A stretch of 63,294 nt of DNA, the filler included, from Anaerolineae bacterium (GTDB lineage Bacteria > Chloroflexota > Anaerolineae > Epilineales > Epilineaceae): the NCBI GenBank assembly GCA_029262755.1. It is 6 parts of 6 records of this genome, joined end to end, with 100 filler letters (N's around TTAATTAATTAA, not from the genome) between each part and the next. Parts side by side here need not be neighbours in the genome. Positions count along the whole stretch, not along the records: positions 37,968 to 48,965 come from JAJCYU010000216.1; 5 more parts are not named here. The stretch is one strand, 5' to 3'. The position numbers and the translations under genes are program-made. Positions 38,403-49,065 of this stretch are shown piece after piece. The notes under the pieces were generated by a model. The model was not told where the DNA came from, did no database searches, and worked only from the letters and a program-made list of their open reading frames with translations. The stretch's first letter is position 1; each line of letters starts with the position of its first letter.

Positions 38403-40622
38403 CTATGGGATGGCACGTTTGATGTAGGTTCGTGGCAGAAAGAGGAGCGTGTGTGGTGGATCATCGGTCGGGGTGCGCGTGGGACTTGGAGGCTTGGTCG
38501 GCCACGGGGTGGCCGGCGTGGTCGCGGCAGGTGGCGCCGACGTATGCGTCGGCGAAGGGCGCACGGTGGGCGTGGTGGACGGCGGCGGCAACGGCGTAGG
38601 CGCCGCCGCGTCGTAAGCTTGGATCGCCTGCGAACGGAGCCATACGTAGCCGGCGGATGACGTGAGGCGTCCGGTAGAACCGTCGAGGCGCACGACGGCC
38701 TCGTCCACGGGGGTGCGCGGATCGGAGATGTCGACCCGCCGGATACCGCCGTCGCCCGGCGCGCCGATCCAATGGACCCACATGTAGTCGCCGAGCGCCG
38801 TGACGTTGGTGATCGTCCCCGGCATGTCGAGCTCACTCAGTGGGCGAGGACTCGTGGGGTCGCGGCCGTCGATGATGAGCAGGTTTGTCACGTTGTGGAG
38901 AACAACCAGACCCCGATGGATCACGTCCGGCCCGCTTGCGCGAGGTGGCATCCGGATAGGCGGGCTACGTTCCTGTAGCGTATCGGAGTCGGTCACGATG
39001 TCGACGTGGAGCGCTCTAGAGGTAGCCGACGCCTCCATCCACCACAATCGCGCATCGTCTAGAAGGGCGTTGGCTAGCAGCCCCCCTGGCACCTGACGGG
39101 TGGCGGTGTGTATCTGCCCGCCGGCCGCATCGAGCGTCTGGACCATGAGCATGCCACCTCTATTGGTGAAGCCGGCGACGCGTGACCCGGCTGCCGAGAG
39201 CACGGCAGGGTCCGTGTCATCGGGAGTCGACCACCGGGAAGACTCTCGGAGAGCGTCGTCCCCGTCCAGTTCCAGATGCAAGACCTCGCCGCGCCGACCC
39301 AGGTGGACGCGGTTGCCGGACGATGCCAGGCAGCCGTAGCCACCGCAGGGGAAGTTCGCGCTCCACTTCGACGTCGTTTCGCGCACACGAAGATCATCAG
39401 GGGCACCGACGAGCTCGATGCGCCGCAGCTCGGCCAACCCGGATAGGGCCCACAAACCGCCGGGAGCGGGCGAGATCTGTTGATAGCGTTCGGCACCGAG
39501 ATCCGGGCCGAGGGTGGAACAAGCGCCCTCGGCTGCCCAGAACAAGCCCACGTCGCCGGCGACAAGCGCGTGCTCACCCGCCATCGCGATGCGCCAATCC
39601 GCGACAACTGCGGCGCCTGGATATTCCAGCGTGCTTGTACCCAGGTCGTCCAAGCTGACGCGAACCACCGAACCGTCGTTGGCGGCCAGGTGTACCGTCC
39701 GGCCATGCAGCGCCAAGTCCGTGTACATCGTAGCGTTCGGAGCAAGCAGCGTGGACCCTGCACCAAGAACACCTGCGGCGTCGACCGGAATCTGACTGAC
39801 CTCATTCCAGCCATCTTGCACGAATACGCGGTCCGAACCCGCGCCGAGCAATTCGGAAGTCCGGCCGAGGTTCCCCGTGGAGCGAACGACCGGCTCCTCG
39901 CCGAGCGGCAGGTCAACGATGACCACGTGTCGGAAACCACGGCTCGAGGTTGACTCTTGCAGCAACAACGCCGCGCGCCGTTCGCTCATCCGCTCTACGC
40001 GAAGGACCCGGTCGTAGGCGCTGCCGGGCGCGGCACCCGGAGGCCGCCAATGCCCAAGCGATCGCAGCGCCCCGTCGTCCGTGACGGCCACGCGCAACAG
40101 TCCGCCCGGGTTCTGCGCCGCCCAAAGTTCAGGCCCGATCCACGCCACCGAGTCCGATGGCTGACGCAGCGACATGCGGTCCAACAAGGCGATGTCCGGA
40201 CCCGTGCTCGCGTCCAGCAAAGCGATTTCTGGGCCGGCGGCCACCAACCGCCCCTCTTGCAAGGCCATCCCTTGGATCGGCCAGCCGAGGGGTCTCGATT
40301 GCGCGATCGGAGCGGCATCGAATCCCCGTTTGATGTCGAGCGCGAAGACGCGCGAGTGCAGGGCGACGAGTGGGACTTTGCCGTCGGAGACTACGGGGCC
40401 GAAGAGCCCGCCGTGCTCCAGCACCGGCAGTTGGCCCGGCGCGGCGGGCTGCGCGTTGGGCGCGGCCGATGGGTGCGCGATGCTCGTTGCGGGTCGCGCC
40501 GCGGGGATGCCGGTCGCGACCAGCGCTAAGCAGAGGCACACCAGTGTGAAACGCAGTCTCGCGTTGGATCGACGTGGAGGCGCATGCGAAACTTGAGCGC
40601 GGTCCATTGTTGTGAGGTACAT
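38403..40622 (-). CDS. Secreted LVIVD-like beta-propeller protein with PT linker and LP tag
   Basis: LEHGGLFGPV...VALHSRVF, VDISDP-type blades, PT tail, LLFLPR. Confidence 0.75.
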   Translation of the reverse strand: MYLTTMDRAQVSHAPPRRSNARLRFTLVCLCLALVATGIPAARPATSIAHPSAAPNAQPAAPGQLPVLEHGGLFGPVVSDGKVPLVALHSRVFALDIKRGFDAAPIAQSRPLGWPIQGMALQEGRLVAAGPEIALLDASTGPDIALLDRMSLRQPSDSVAWIGPELWAAQNPGGLLRVAVTDDGALRSLGHWRPPGAAPGSAYDRVLRVERMSERRAALLLQESTSSRGFRHVVIVDLPLGEEPVVRSTGNLGRTSELLGAGSDRVFVQDGWNEVSQIPVDAAGVLGAGSTLLAPNATMYTDLALHGRTVHLAANDGSVVRVSLDDLGTSTLEYPGAAVVADWRIAMAGEHALVAGDVGLFWAAEGACSTLGPDLGAERYQQISPAPGGLWALSGLAELRRIELVGAPDDLRVRETTSKWSANFPCGGYGCLASSGNRVHLGRRGEVLHLELDGDDALRESSRWSTPDDTDPAVLSAAGSRVAGFTNRGGMLMVQTLDAAGGQIHTATRQVPGGLLANALLDDARLWWMEASATSRALHVDIVTDSDTLQERSPPIRMPPRASGPDVIHRGLVVLHNVTNLLIIDGRDPTSPRPLSELDMPGTITNVTALGDYMWVHWIGAPGDGGIRRVDISDPRTPVDEAVVRLDGSTGRLTSSAGYVWLRSQAIQAYDAAAPTPLPPPSTTPTVRPSPTHTSAPPAATTPATPWPTKPPSPTRTPTDDPPHTLLFLPRTYIKRAIP

Positions 40623-40691
40623 CGGCGTCGCCTTTCGGGCGCTTCCCTGATTCGTGTTCGAACTACGGGTGTGGGGAGGATGTCGAGCCCG

Positions 40692-42848
40692 CTAACGCCG
40701 CCGCCCCGCCCACGGTAGCCAGATGCGCCCTGGCGGGTCGAGCCACCATTTGGAACTGCTGGACGGTATCGGTCCAAGATCAAGAGCCTGGAGCACGCCG
40801 TCGCTGAGATTCCATCCGAGGCCGAACGCGGCTTGGAGGTTGCATCTGGTTGTCGGGTCGCCGGTCGAGAAGAACCCGACGTCACGTGGACTGTTCCCGC
40901 GAGCGATGTCCAGGACCGAAATTTCCGCTCCACGGCGCAGTTGCATCCAGCATGCCCATGCTCGATCACCGTCCAACCCGACATCGAGGATTCGTGACGG
41001 GAAGTCGAGGGTCGCGATATGGCGGACCGATCCGTCGGGCAGGACATGATGGAAGTTGAGAAGGCTCCCTTGTCCCAGGGCCATCGTGGCACCGTCCACA
41101 TCCCACGCATCGAAGACCGCGACGGGCATGGTCAAGGTGCTCACGGCCCGCAGTGGGTCGGCCTCATTCAGCGCGAAGGCGTCGAACCGGTCCGGAGCCG
41201 TGAATGTCGAGGATTGCGTCCAGAGGTGTGTGGACGACAGGACGAGACGGGTGTACACGAGTGGGTGCGGGGGCGGCGGCACCGCGCGAAATACGTCGCC
41301 GTTGGCGTTGTCGTCTACACGCTGCACGTGCGGCTGCCCATCGATGGACCACAGGGTCCAGTCTTCCGTTGCATCGAGTGGTGTAAGAACGCCGTTTTCT
41401 CCCGCGGAACGTACCCGGCGCTGGCCGATCCTGCCCCCGCCGAGATGGCGAGCCTCCCAGACCTCCCCGGAGGAATGGCGGGGTGCGATGGTGAGGCGAT
41501 CGCCGGCGGCCGTAAAGGCGCGTACCGGCCCGACGGCCTCCCCCGCCGCGTCGTTTCCATCGCCGACGAAACGCGCCTGGAATCGGCCGGAGGCTGGATC
41601 GAAGTAGTGCACGTTGTGTCCCGAATCGATACCCCAGACCCCGTTGGAGGCGGTGAGGAAGTCTTCCACTCTTCCGGTACCCACCTCTTCTGGGCCCGCC
41701 ATTCGGACCGCCTCGGGTGAGTTGTCGCGGCTACCCCATTTGATGCCCCCGACGTGAAGATCGTCGGTCACGAGGACGTGATCCCCGATATGCAGCAATT
41801 GTGTTCGATCGTTGATCCCATTCTCCAGGACGCGCCGACTGGTGAATTCAAGCCCGGACGAGTTCAGGTCTTGGCGACGCACCGTGCCCTCGCTGTCCAG
41901 GCGCCAAAGGTACCGGCCGTCCAGGCTCAGATCGCCGAGGTAGCGCTCGCCGTCTGGGGTAGCGATCGGCCATTGCTTGGAAGCAGAGTTCGCTTCGTAG
42001 TCCAACACGTAGGCGCGAGCGGTTGCGAACTCCGGAGACGGCCCGATGATTGCCCGGTCCCCGCGGGCGGTCAGGATCGAATACATCGCCTCAACGTCCA
42101 CGCGCAGCGTTGAAACCGGTGACGCGGACCTGCGATTGTCGATCCACAAAAAGGAGGAGAGGGGACTGTCCGGCGAACCATTCCCCTGAACCAGCACGGC
42201 GGCACCGGGTCCACCCTCTGCAACGGCAACCACCTTGACGGGTCCTTGGAACTCGGCCTCCGCGAGCGAGATCGCGCGTGGCCTGCTCTGGCGCGCCGGG
42301 TCCGAGACATCGACGCGGGCTAGGCCCTGGGAGCCCATCGCCAGCCATGCCTCATTGCCTACCCAGGCAACCGTGAAGTTCGCCCCAACCGAGACCGTGG
42401 AGCGCAGGACGATGTCGTTTGGGTCGAACATATCCAGCACGTACAGGCGCATGCCTGCGGAGGCCAGCACGCGGCCGCGGCGGGCAGCCATGGAGACGAT
42501 CTTCGCGCCGAGGGGCATCGAGGTACCCAAGGGACGGCCGTCGTTGGGCAGCGCCGGGTCGAAGACGTGGATACGCGAGTGTACCGCCACGTAGGCGCGT
42601 GAGCCGTCGGTCGCGACAGCGCCGATCTCGCCGCCGTACTCTGCGGCTGCGTGCAGCGTGTCGGCCGGCAGTCGCTGCAGTGCCATGGCGGCGGAAACCG
42701 GGTCCGACGCGAACGTCCATGACAAGACCACTGCCAGCAGAGCAGCGACCGGAATCGTCCCGTTCCGTCGATCCACGATGGATCGCGCGCTACGCGTCTG
42801 TCGGGCGGTCATGACCTGGCGGGAGGAGCGCGTAGTCGAACCGAACAT
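40692..42848 (-). CDS. Secreted LVIVD-like beta-propeller protein with LP tag
   Basis: EYGGEIGAVATDG..AYVAVHSRIHVFDP, RVDVSDP, ends GRIWLPWAGRRR. Close paralog of the 43029 gene. Confidence 0.78.
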   Translation of the reverse strand: MFGSTTRSSRQVMTARQTRSARSIVDRRNGTIPVAALLAVVLSWTFASDPVSAAMALQRLPADTLHAAAEYGGEIGAVATDGSRAYVAVHSRIHVFDPALPNDGRPLGTSMPLGAKIVSMAARRGRVLASAGMRLYVLDMFDPNDIVLRSTVSVGANFTVAWVGNEAWLAMGSQGLARVDVSDPARQSRPRAISLAEAEFQGPVKVVAVAEGGPGAAVLVQGNGSPDSPLSSFLWIDNRRSASPVSTLRVDVEAMYSILTARGDRAIIGPSPEFATARAYVLDYEANSASKQWPIATPDGERYLGDLSLDGRYLWRLDSEGTVRRQDLNSSGLEFTSRRVLENGINDRTQLLHIGDHVLVTDDLHVGGIKWGSRDNSPEAVRMAGPEEVGTGRVEDFLTASNGVWGIDSGHNVHYFDPASGRFQARFVGDGNDAAGEAVGPVRAFTAAGDRLTIAPRHSSGEVWEARHLGGGRIGQRRVRSAGENGVLTPLDATEDWTLWSIDGQPHVQRVDDNANGDVFRAVPPPPHPLVYTRLVLSSTHLWTQSSTFTAPDRFDAFALNEADPLRAVSTLTMPVAVFDAWDVDGATMALGQGSLLNFHHVLPDGSVRHIATLDFPSRILDVGLDGDRAWACWMQLRRGAEISVLDIARGNSPRDVGFFSTGDPTTRCNLQAAFGLGWNLSDGVLQALDLGPIPSSSSKWWLDPPGRIWLPWAGRRR

Positions 42849-42945
42849 CGTGGGCGTTCCCCCCTTGTTTGGGCGTTGTGGGATCCGTTGCTGCGAGCGA
42901 TGCCATCGGTCCATGTCGAGCACGCCCTGAATCCGAGGACACGCT

Positions 42946-42989
42946 GCGACCGTTCGAAGGGACGCGAGCGACCGTTCGAAGGGACGCGA
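42946..42989. repeat. 22-bp perfect direct repeat x2, intergenic
   Basis: GCGACCGTTCGAAGGGACGCGA twice, followed by a degenerate third start. Confidence 0.8.
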
Positions 42990-43028
42990 TCGACCGGGCT
43001 CCAAGGAAATCGCTTCGACGCCGCGCAG

Positions 43029-45188
43029 CTACGGCCCCCGCTTTGCCCACGGCAGCCACACGCGCCCGGGCGGATCGAGCCACCAGCCGGCGTTCGGTGG
43101 CCGGATCGTGCCGAGATCGAAGGCCTGGAGTGCGCCCTGGCTCAGGTTCCAGCCCAGACCGCCGGCGGCCTGGAGGCTGCATCCGGATCGGGCGTCGCCG
43201 ATCGAGAATTGGCCGGCGTCGCGCGGATGGTCCAGGCGTGAAATGTCCAGCAGCGAGACACTCGCGCCGAGGCGGGGGTGAATCCAGCAGGCCCATGCAC
43301 GATCGCCGTCCAAAGCGACGTCGGCGATGGTCGAGGGCAGATCGAGGATCGCGCGCTGCCGCACCGTATGCGGAGCCGGGGCGCTGATGAAGGTCAGCAC
43401 TGTGGCCTGACCGAGGGCGAGCGTTGTGCCATCCACATCCCACACGTTGCCGATGGCGGTCGGCACGGTGAAGACGTTTGTGGCGCGCAGGGTGTTCGCG
43501 CCATCTAAGACGTAGCCGGTGAACTGCTCGGGCCCGACGAACGACGCCCTCTGTACCCAAACATGGTTGTCTGTGAGCTCGATGTTGGCTAGCCGAAAGT
43601 TGGGGGAAGGGGGCGGAATCTTGTGGGGGATGGCCGATTGGCTGCCGTCTGTGTTCGGTTGCACGTAGGGGATGCCTTCGATCGACCACAGCATCCAGTT
43701 TTCCGTAAGGCTCCATGGCGTGACGATGGCCTGATCCTGCGTGGATCGCCCGATTCGGTCACCGACTACGCCTTCCCCAAGATGGCGCGTCTGCCAGACT
43801 TTCGTTAGCGACGTGCGCGGGGCAATCGCGACCAAGTCGGCCCCGGCCGCCATGGCGCGCACCTCCCCGACAGGCTCCGCCGTCTCTTCCTGGCTCGCAC
43901 CCGCGAAACGAGCTTCGAATTGAGAGCCCACCTTGTCGAGGAAGTGCAGCTTGAGCCCCGTGTCGATGGCCCAAGCGCCTTCGGATGTAGCTTGGAATCG
44001 GTCGAACTTCCCCGTGCCCAGGTCATCGGCGTCCGCCATGAGCACGGACTGCGGAGGATCGTCGGGACCATGCCACACGATGCCGCCCATCTGCATCTCG
44101 TCGGCCATCAGCACGCGATCGCCGATGCGCAGAAGGCGCACCTGGTCATAAACGTCGTTGGGCAGGATCCGGCGCGTGACGGATTCCTCGCGGCGTGAGT
44201 CCAGGTCCTGTCGCCGCAGCTGTCCTTCCCGGTCCATTCGCCACAGGTAGCGTCCGTCCCAATGCAGATCGCCGAGATAGCGTTCTCCTTCGGGCGTGCG
44301 AACCTCGACCATTTGCGAGGGGACTTCCGGTTCGGGTTCGTAGTCGACGACAATCACAGGCGCACCGGGCGACGTGCGCGGGGGGCCTATGACCGCACGA
44401 TCGCCGACGACACTCAGAAGGTCGTAGGTCCCTGCAAGGTTGACCCTTTCCAGAAACGAAGGGTCCTTAGACGTGCCAGCTGTCATCCACACCAAGGCCG
44501 AAGGTCCATTCAAACCGGGTGTGTGCGGTAGCAAAATGGCGGCGCCGGGTCCGCCTTCCGCCACCGCACCGATGAAGTGGGGCTCCACCAGACCCGACCC
44601 CTCGAGCGATACCCGACGCGGTCGACTCGGACGCTCCGGATCCGACACATCGACCCGGAACAGACCTCGAATGCCCATGGCAAGCCACGCTTCATTCCCC
44701 ACCCAGGTAACCCCGAAACTCGACCCCACGGACATGATGGACCGCAGCTCGATGTCGCGCGGATCCTGCATATCCAGCACGTAGAGACGGGAGCCCGCGG
44801 ACGCCAGCACCCGACCGTCGCGCGCTGCTATCGAGACGATCGGCGCGCCGAGGGGTATCGAGGTGCCCAACGGACGTCCGTCGTCCGGGAGGGCCGGATC
44901 GAAGACGTGGATGCGCGAGTGGACCGCGACGTAGGCGCGTGCGCCGTCGGTCGCGACGGCGCCGATCTCGCCGCCGTACTCCACGACGGGACGCAATGTG
45001 TCGGCCGGCATGGGCTGGGTCGGCGCGGCGGCGGTCAAGGGGTCGGCGGGTCTACTCGAGCCAACAAGCGCCGCGACGAAAACGGCCGCGGCAACCGAGC
45101 GAAGGTTGCGAGCAGTGCCGTGCCCAAGGCGACCTTGACCCGGCAGTCTCGGAGTCGCGGAAAAGGTACGCGCCTGCGATTCGATCAT
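43029..45188 (-). CDS. Secreted LVIVD-like beta-propeller protein with LP tag
   Basis: Colinear paralog of the 40692 gene. Ends GRVWLPWAKRGP. Start uncertain (45188 or 45269). Confidence 0.78.
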   Translation of the reverse strand: MIESQARTFSATPRLPGQGRLGHGTARNLRSVAAAVFVAALVGSSRPADPLTAAAPTQPMPADTLRPVVEYGGEIGAVATDGARAYVAVHSRIHVFDPALPDDGRPLGTSIPLGAPIVSIAARDGRVLASAGSRLYVLDMQDPRDIELRSIMSVGSSFGVTWVGNEAWLAMGIRGLFRVDVSDPERPSRPRRVSLEGSGLVEPHFIGAVAEGGPGAAILLPHTPGLNGPSALVWMTAGTSKDPSFLERVNLAGTYDLLSVVGDRAVIGPPRTSPGAPVIVVDYEPEPEVPSQMVEVRTPEGERYLGDLHWDGRYLWRMDREGQLRRQDLDSRREESVTRRILPNDVYDQVRLLRIGDRVLMADEMQMGGIVWHGPDDPPQSVLMADADDLGTGKFDRFQATSEGAWAIDTGLKLHFLDKVGSQFEARFAGASQEETAEPVGEVRAMAAGADLVAIAPRTSLTKVWQTRHLGEGVVGDRIGRSTQDQAIVTPWSLTENWMLWSIEGIPYVQPNTDGSQSAIPHKIPPPSPNFRLANIELTDNHVWVQRASFVGPEQFTGYVLDGANTLRATNVFTVPTAIGNVWDVDGTTLALGQATVLTFISAPAPHTVRQRAILDLPSTIADVALDGDRAWACWIHPRLGASVSLLDISRLDHPRDAGQFSIGDARSGCSLQAAGGLGWNLSQGALQAFDLGTIRPPNAGWWLDPPGRVWLPWAKRGP

Positions 45189-45751
45189 CGTTGGTGTGGG
45201 TTCCCTGGGGGCGTCTTGCACGCCAATGAAGCGCGTCGACGTTCGATCCGTCCAGCGGCCTTGATGCACTCAGCCGCGCATTGATCGATGCAATCGATGC
45301 ATCGATTCGCCACGGTAGCGCGCTGAAGACGAAGACGCGATGTGGCCCGGCGAGGGGACGCGGACGATGCAGGGCTCGCGAGCGATCCGTCGGGCACTGC
45401 GCAAGGAACGCGACGTGTTGTCGGCGACGGTGGCTTGGGGCACGGCTCGATCTAGGGATCGCACGCCATCAGGCGCACGGGCACGCCGAAAAGGCGGCTG
45501 CTCGATATCTGACCGGCCGTCAGGCTGCGACCGGACGGAATGTTCGCGTACGCTCGCGGCAGGGCTCAGTGAAGCCAGACGTTACAAGCCTTGCCGCTAC
45601 CGGTCGCCACAGGAGACGCCGCGACTGCGGCCGCACGCCCACGCACGATCGGGCACGGCCCGACGGAAGACGAGATGGGCGTTGGTCCAATTCGGCGGTC
45701 AGCAGCGCGGGCGATAAGGCTGTGCACCGAGCAGCGGAGTTGCGCGGCGAA

Positions 45752-46171
45752 CTACTGGGCGCTGGCCGGCAAGGTGCCCGCCTGACCTTGGCGGCCCCGC
45801 GCCGCGGGCAGTCGAATCTGCGGCGCGGCCTCAACGCTTTCAGAAGAGGGCTGCGCCTGCTCCTTGGGCGCTGCAGGCGCCCTCGCCGGCCGGTCCTTGA
45901 GCACGTTCATCCCGGTCGGGGTGATTCGCCAGCCGGGCGCCTGGCCGTAGCGGTAGAAGACGAGGCCCAGACGTCGCAGGCCCTCCAAGTCTTCCAGCAG
46001 CTGCGCCCGATCGACTCCCGGCTCGCGGCGCAACAGGTGCATGCAACCGTTGGACACGTGCACACCGCGTAGCACCGCTAGGCGGCGGAGTTTGGCTTCC
46101 TCGGCCTCCTCCATGTGCTCCAGGATCGTGGCTCGTCGAATGTCGAACAGCTCGCATAGGGTGGCTGGCAT
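45752..46171 (-). CDS. Small hypothetical protein, possible winged-helix domain
   Basis: LLEDLEGLRRLGLV...WRITPTG helix-wing pattern. GAGGGG RBS. Confidence 0.45.
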   Translation of the reverse strand: MPATLCELFDIRRATILEHMEEAEEAKLRRLAVLRGVHVSNGCMHLLRREPGVDRAQLLEDLEGLRRLGLVFYRYGQAPGWRITPTGMNVLKDRPARAPAAPKEQAQPSSESVEAAPQIRLPAARGRQGQAGTLPASAQ

Positions 46172-46279
46172 CTTGTCCCCTCGGCGGTCGTCGGTAGTCC
46201 TCGGACTGGTTGACGCACTCGGAGGCGTTTGGTAACAGACAAGTTTCAGGATACGTGGGCTCGGCCCGCTGTCGACCGC

Positions 46280-48691
46280 TCATGGAGCGGTCGCCGCCTC
46301 CAATAACGGCAGGAAGATCCGCAATAGGCGCCCTTCACCGGGGGGCCGGCCGCCGACGCGCGGTGCGTACACCTGAACAGCGCCATCGGAGACGATCCAG
46401 GCAAGGCCGTCGTTTGCGTGAAGGCCCGCGGCGTCGGCGGCGAGCGTTCCGCGCGCGGCTTCCACGGGGTGCGCCGGGTCGCTCAGATCGATCCAGGCCA
46501 GCGAACGGTCGCCCATGCTGCGCGCGGTCGGCGCGGTCACCACCCACGCGGCCGCGCCGGCTCCGGCCTCGCCATCGGCGAGCGCGATCTCCAGCACCGG
46601 GTCGAGTAGGTCCAAGGTGCCAAGCACCCGAGCCTCCGCCCCAGCGCCCACGGGGACGTCGGCGACGACGAGATCGCGGCCGATACCAAGCGCCACGCGG
46701 TCGCCGGCGTGACCGATGCTTGCGGCGGGCATAACGCCGGCTGCGACCGATAGCAACGTGGTCAGACGATCGGCGCTCTCCCTGCGCAGGTCACTCGTGG
46801 CCAGGCCGCAGCCGAACGGCAGGAAGCACAGCAGATGGAGCCGATGGTCTTCCAGGGCAAGGGCGGACGGGCCCGAGCCGTGGAGCGAGACGAGCACCTC
46901 TGCGACTCCCCCTTTGCCGTCCATCTGCAGGATCAGGTCCTGGTCGTCGGACACGTTGACGGCGAGCAGGCCGTCGTCGGCGTCCCACAGCCGTGGCCGC
47001 GTGACGTTGGGGTCGCCCGTGATCGGAGGCGCGATCGTAGCTACGAAGGTGAGGCCGCGGCCCGCGTCGGCGTCACCGTTGGGCGGCGGCTGTGCAACAT
47101 CCGTGTACTGTCGGATTGCTCCTTCCGAGACAACGTACACGTGCTCATCGTCCGCCACGACATCGATGACCTCGTTCGGCCCTTCTCCCGCGAGTTCGTG
47201 GGGCTCGTCCGGCGCGGTGCGCGGCGTCCAACGCAGCAGACCATCCGTGCCGCGCAGCCACGCCGTCTGATCGCCGAGGGCGATTTCTATCGCCGACCAT
47301 GCGCCGACATCGGGACCGTGGACGAGCCGCGTCCGTGCACCGAGCCACCACGTCCGTGTGGCGGATGCGATGAGCAACCGGTCGTCTACGGCCAATAGAG
47401 CGAGTAATTGCTGTGGATTCGCGCCGGCATCGGCATCGGCGGGCACGACGATCCGCGGACCGGAGCGGCTCGGGTCATCGGGATCGAGCACGCGAACGTA
47501 CTTGCCTGCGGACCAGCCGATGCCCGTTGCGCCCCAGGCGACCGCGGCGGCAGACTCCAGGTCCTCCGGAGGCGCGAATGGCTTGACCCGCGGCGACGCC
47601 AAGTCGCGGAAGTCTAGGATCCATCCCTCACGGTTGCCGGCGACGACCACGCGCGACCCGTAGGCGGCCGCATGGTTCGCGCAGCATCGCTCGAAGGTGC
47701 CGCGACTGCGCAGCTCGATCTCACCGTTTGCCTGCGGTCGCAACAACATCCACTCGCCGAGCATCGCGATGTTCGGGTCCGCCCCGTTCCACGATACGAG
47801 TACGAGCGCGCCGTCCGCAACCGGCACAACGTCGCGCAGCGTGGCACCGACCTGTTGCGCCGACGGGGCGTCGGGACGCCACGTCGGCAGGGGCACCGGC
47901 AGACGCGGTTTGCGCATGTCGAAGCGCTGGATCAGATCGCCGGCCGGCAGCCACGCTTCATCACCGACCCAGAGGACGCTCCGAGATAGCCGCCGAAGCG
48001 GGACGTCGGCGACAAGCAGAGGCATGCGGGTGATACTCGGACGGGCATTGTCCGTCCGAAGCTCGTACACGCGCAGGTGATAGCCACCGGCAAGCAGCCA
48101 CCGGCCGCGAACGGCGAGTCCCGTGATGGGAGCGCCGACGGCGGGCGTGACGCTCCCGAGATCGCCGAGAGTCGTCAGCGCGGGATCGAGCGTGACGATC
48201 CGCGAGTGGATGGCCGCGTAGACAGCCCCGTCGTCCGCGGCGAGACCGCGGATGCGGCCGCCGAGCTCCGCGATCACGGCGGGCTGCGAGGCCACGGGGA
48301 GCTGGGCGGCGTACGCCGAGGGGCGATCCGCGAGCGCGATGGTGGATTGGAATCCCGCGGGCGCCGGCGCGTCGAGCGGACGGTCGACCGTAGTGGCGAG
48401 CGTGATGGCGATCGTGAGGACGGTTGCGATCGAGAAGGCGGTGGCGATCGTAAAGGCGGTGGCGACCGCGGGGACGGTGACGACCGCGCGGACGGCGATC
48501 ACTGCGGCGCGACGCACGCGCGCGCTATGAGCGCTCGCTCTCGGTTTACCGTGCAGCAACACGACCGGCGGTCCCGCGCCGGCGTCAAGGTCGGATAGGC
48601 ATGCCTTGGGCGCACATACGTACCGATGCTCGTACGGAAGTCCCGAGGACTTCGAGTGGGGCGTGCGGGAAGCGGCCGTAGGCGAGGGCAT
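46280..48691 (-). CDS. Secreted beta-propeller paralog with LP tag (start uncertain, possibly near 48520)
   Basis: ELGGRIRGLAADDGAVYAAIHSRI family motif, IDLSDP blade, ends RIFLPLLEAATAP. Confidence 0.72.
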   Translation of the reverse strand: MPSPTAASRTPHSKSSGLPYEHRYVCAPKACLSDLDAGAGPPVVLLHGKPRASAHSARVRRAAVIAVRAVVTVPAVATAFTIATAFSIATVLTIAITLATTVDRPLDAPAPAGFQSTIALADRPSAYAAQLPVASQPAVIAELGGRIRGLAADDGAVYAAIHSRIVTLDPALTTLGDLGSVTPAVGAPITGLAVRGRWLLAGGYHLRVYELRTDNARPSITRMPLLVADVPLRRLSRSVLWVGDEAWLPAGDLIQRFDMRKPRLPVPLPTWRPDAPSAQQVGATLRDVVPVADGALVLVSWNGADPNIAMLGEWMLLRPQANGEIELRSRGTFERCCANHAAAYGSRVVVAGNREGWILDFRDLASPRVKPFAPPEDLESAAAVAWGATGIGWSAGKYVRVLDPDDPSRSGPRIVVPADADAGANPQQLLALLAVDDRLLIASATRTWWLGARTRLVHGPDVGAWSAIEIALGDQTAWLRGTDGLLRWTPRTAPDEPHELAGEGPNEVIDVVADDEHVYVVSEGAIRQYTDVAQPPPNGDADAGRGLTFVATIAPPITGDPNVTRPRLWDADDGLLAVNVSDDQDLILQMDGKGGVAEVLVSLHGSGPSALALEDHRLHLLCFLPFGCGLATSDLRRESADRLTTLLSVAAGVMPAASIGHAGDRVALGIGRDLVVADVPVGAGAEARVLGTLDLLDPVLEIALADGEAGAGAAAWVVTAPTARSMGDRSLAWIDLSDPAHPVEAARGTLAADAAGLHANDGLAWIVSDGAVQVYAPRVGGRPPGEGRLLRIFLPLLEAATAP

Positions 48692-48965
48692 GGGCGGCTC
48701 CGTGGTCGGGACGGGACGCGAGGCTCGGGCGAATTGGCTCGGGCGGCGAGCGAGGAGTCGCATAGAGATCGCAGCCCACATCGCGCCTGCGCTTCGCTGC
48801 GCCGATGGTATCGGAACGCACGCGCCTTCGTGTCGCGTAGCCCGGTTGATGACAATGGCCGCGATCGCCCGGGTTCTAGATTACCGCTCTCCATGCCGGA
48901 CGCGCCGCAACACTTCCCCGGCCGCGATGAGCGCCACAGACACCATCAGCAGGTTCGCGACCAGA

Positions 48966-49065
48966 NNNNNNNNNNNNNNNNNNNNNNNNNNNNNNNNNNN
49001 NNNNNNNNNTTAATTAATTAANNNNNNNNNNNNNNNNNNNNNNNNNNNNNNNNNNNNNNNNNNNN
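48966..49065. other. Artificial contig spacer
   Basis: N run with TTAATTAATTAA. Confidence 0.97.

Noticed and set aside
48881..48965. C-terminal end of a membrane protein on the minus strand
   Set aside because: Only about 28 codons before the contig edge, too little to assign.
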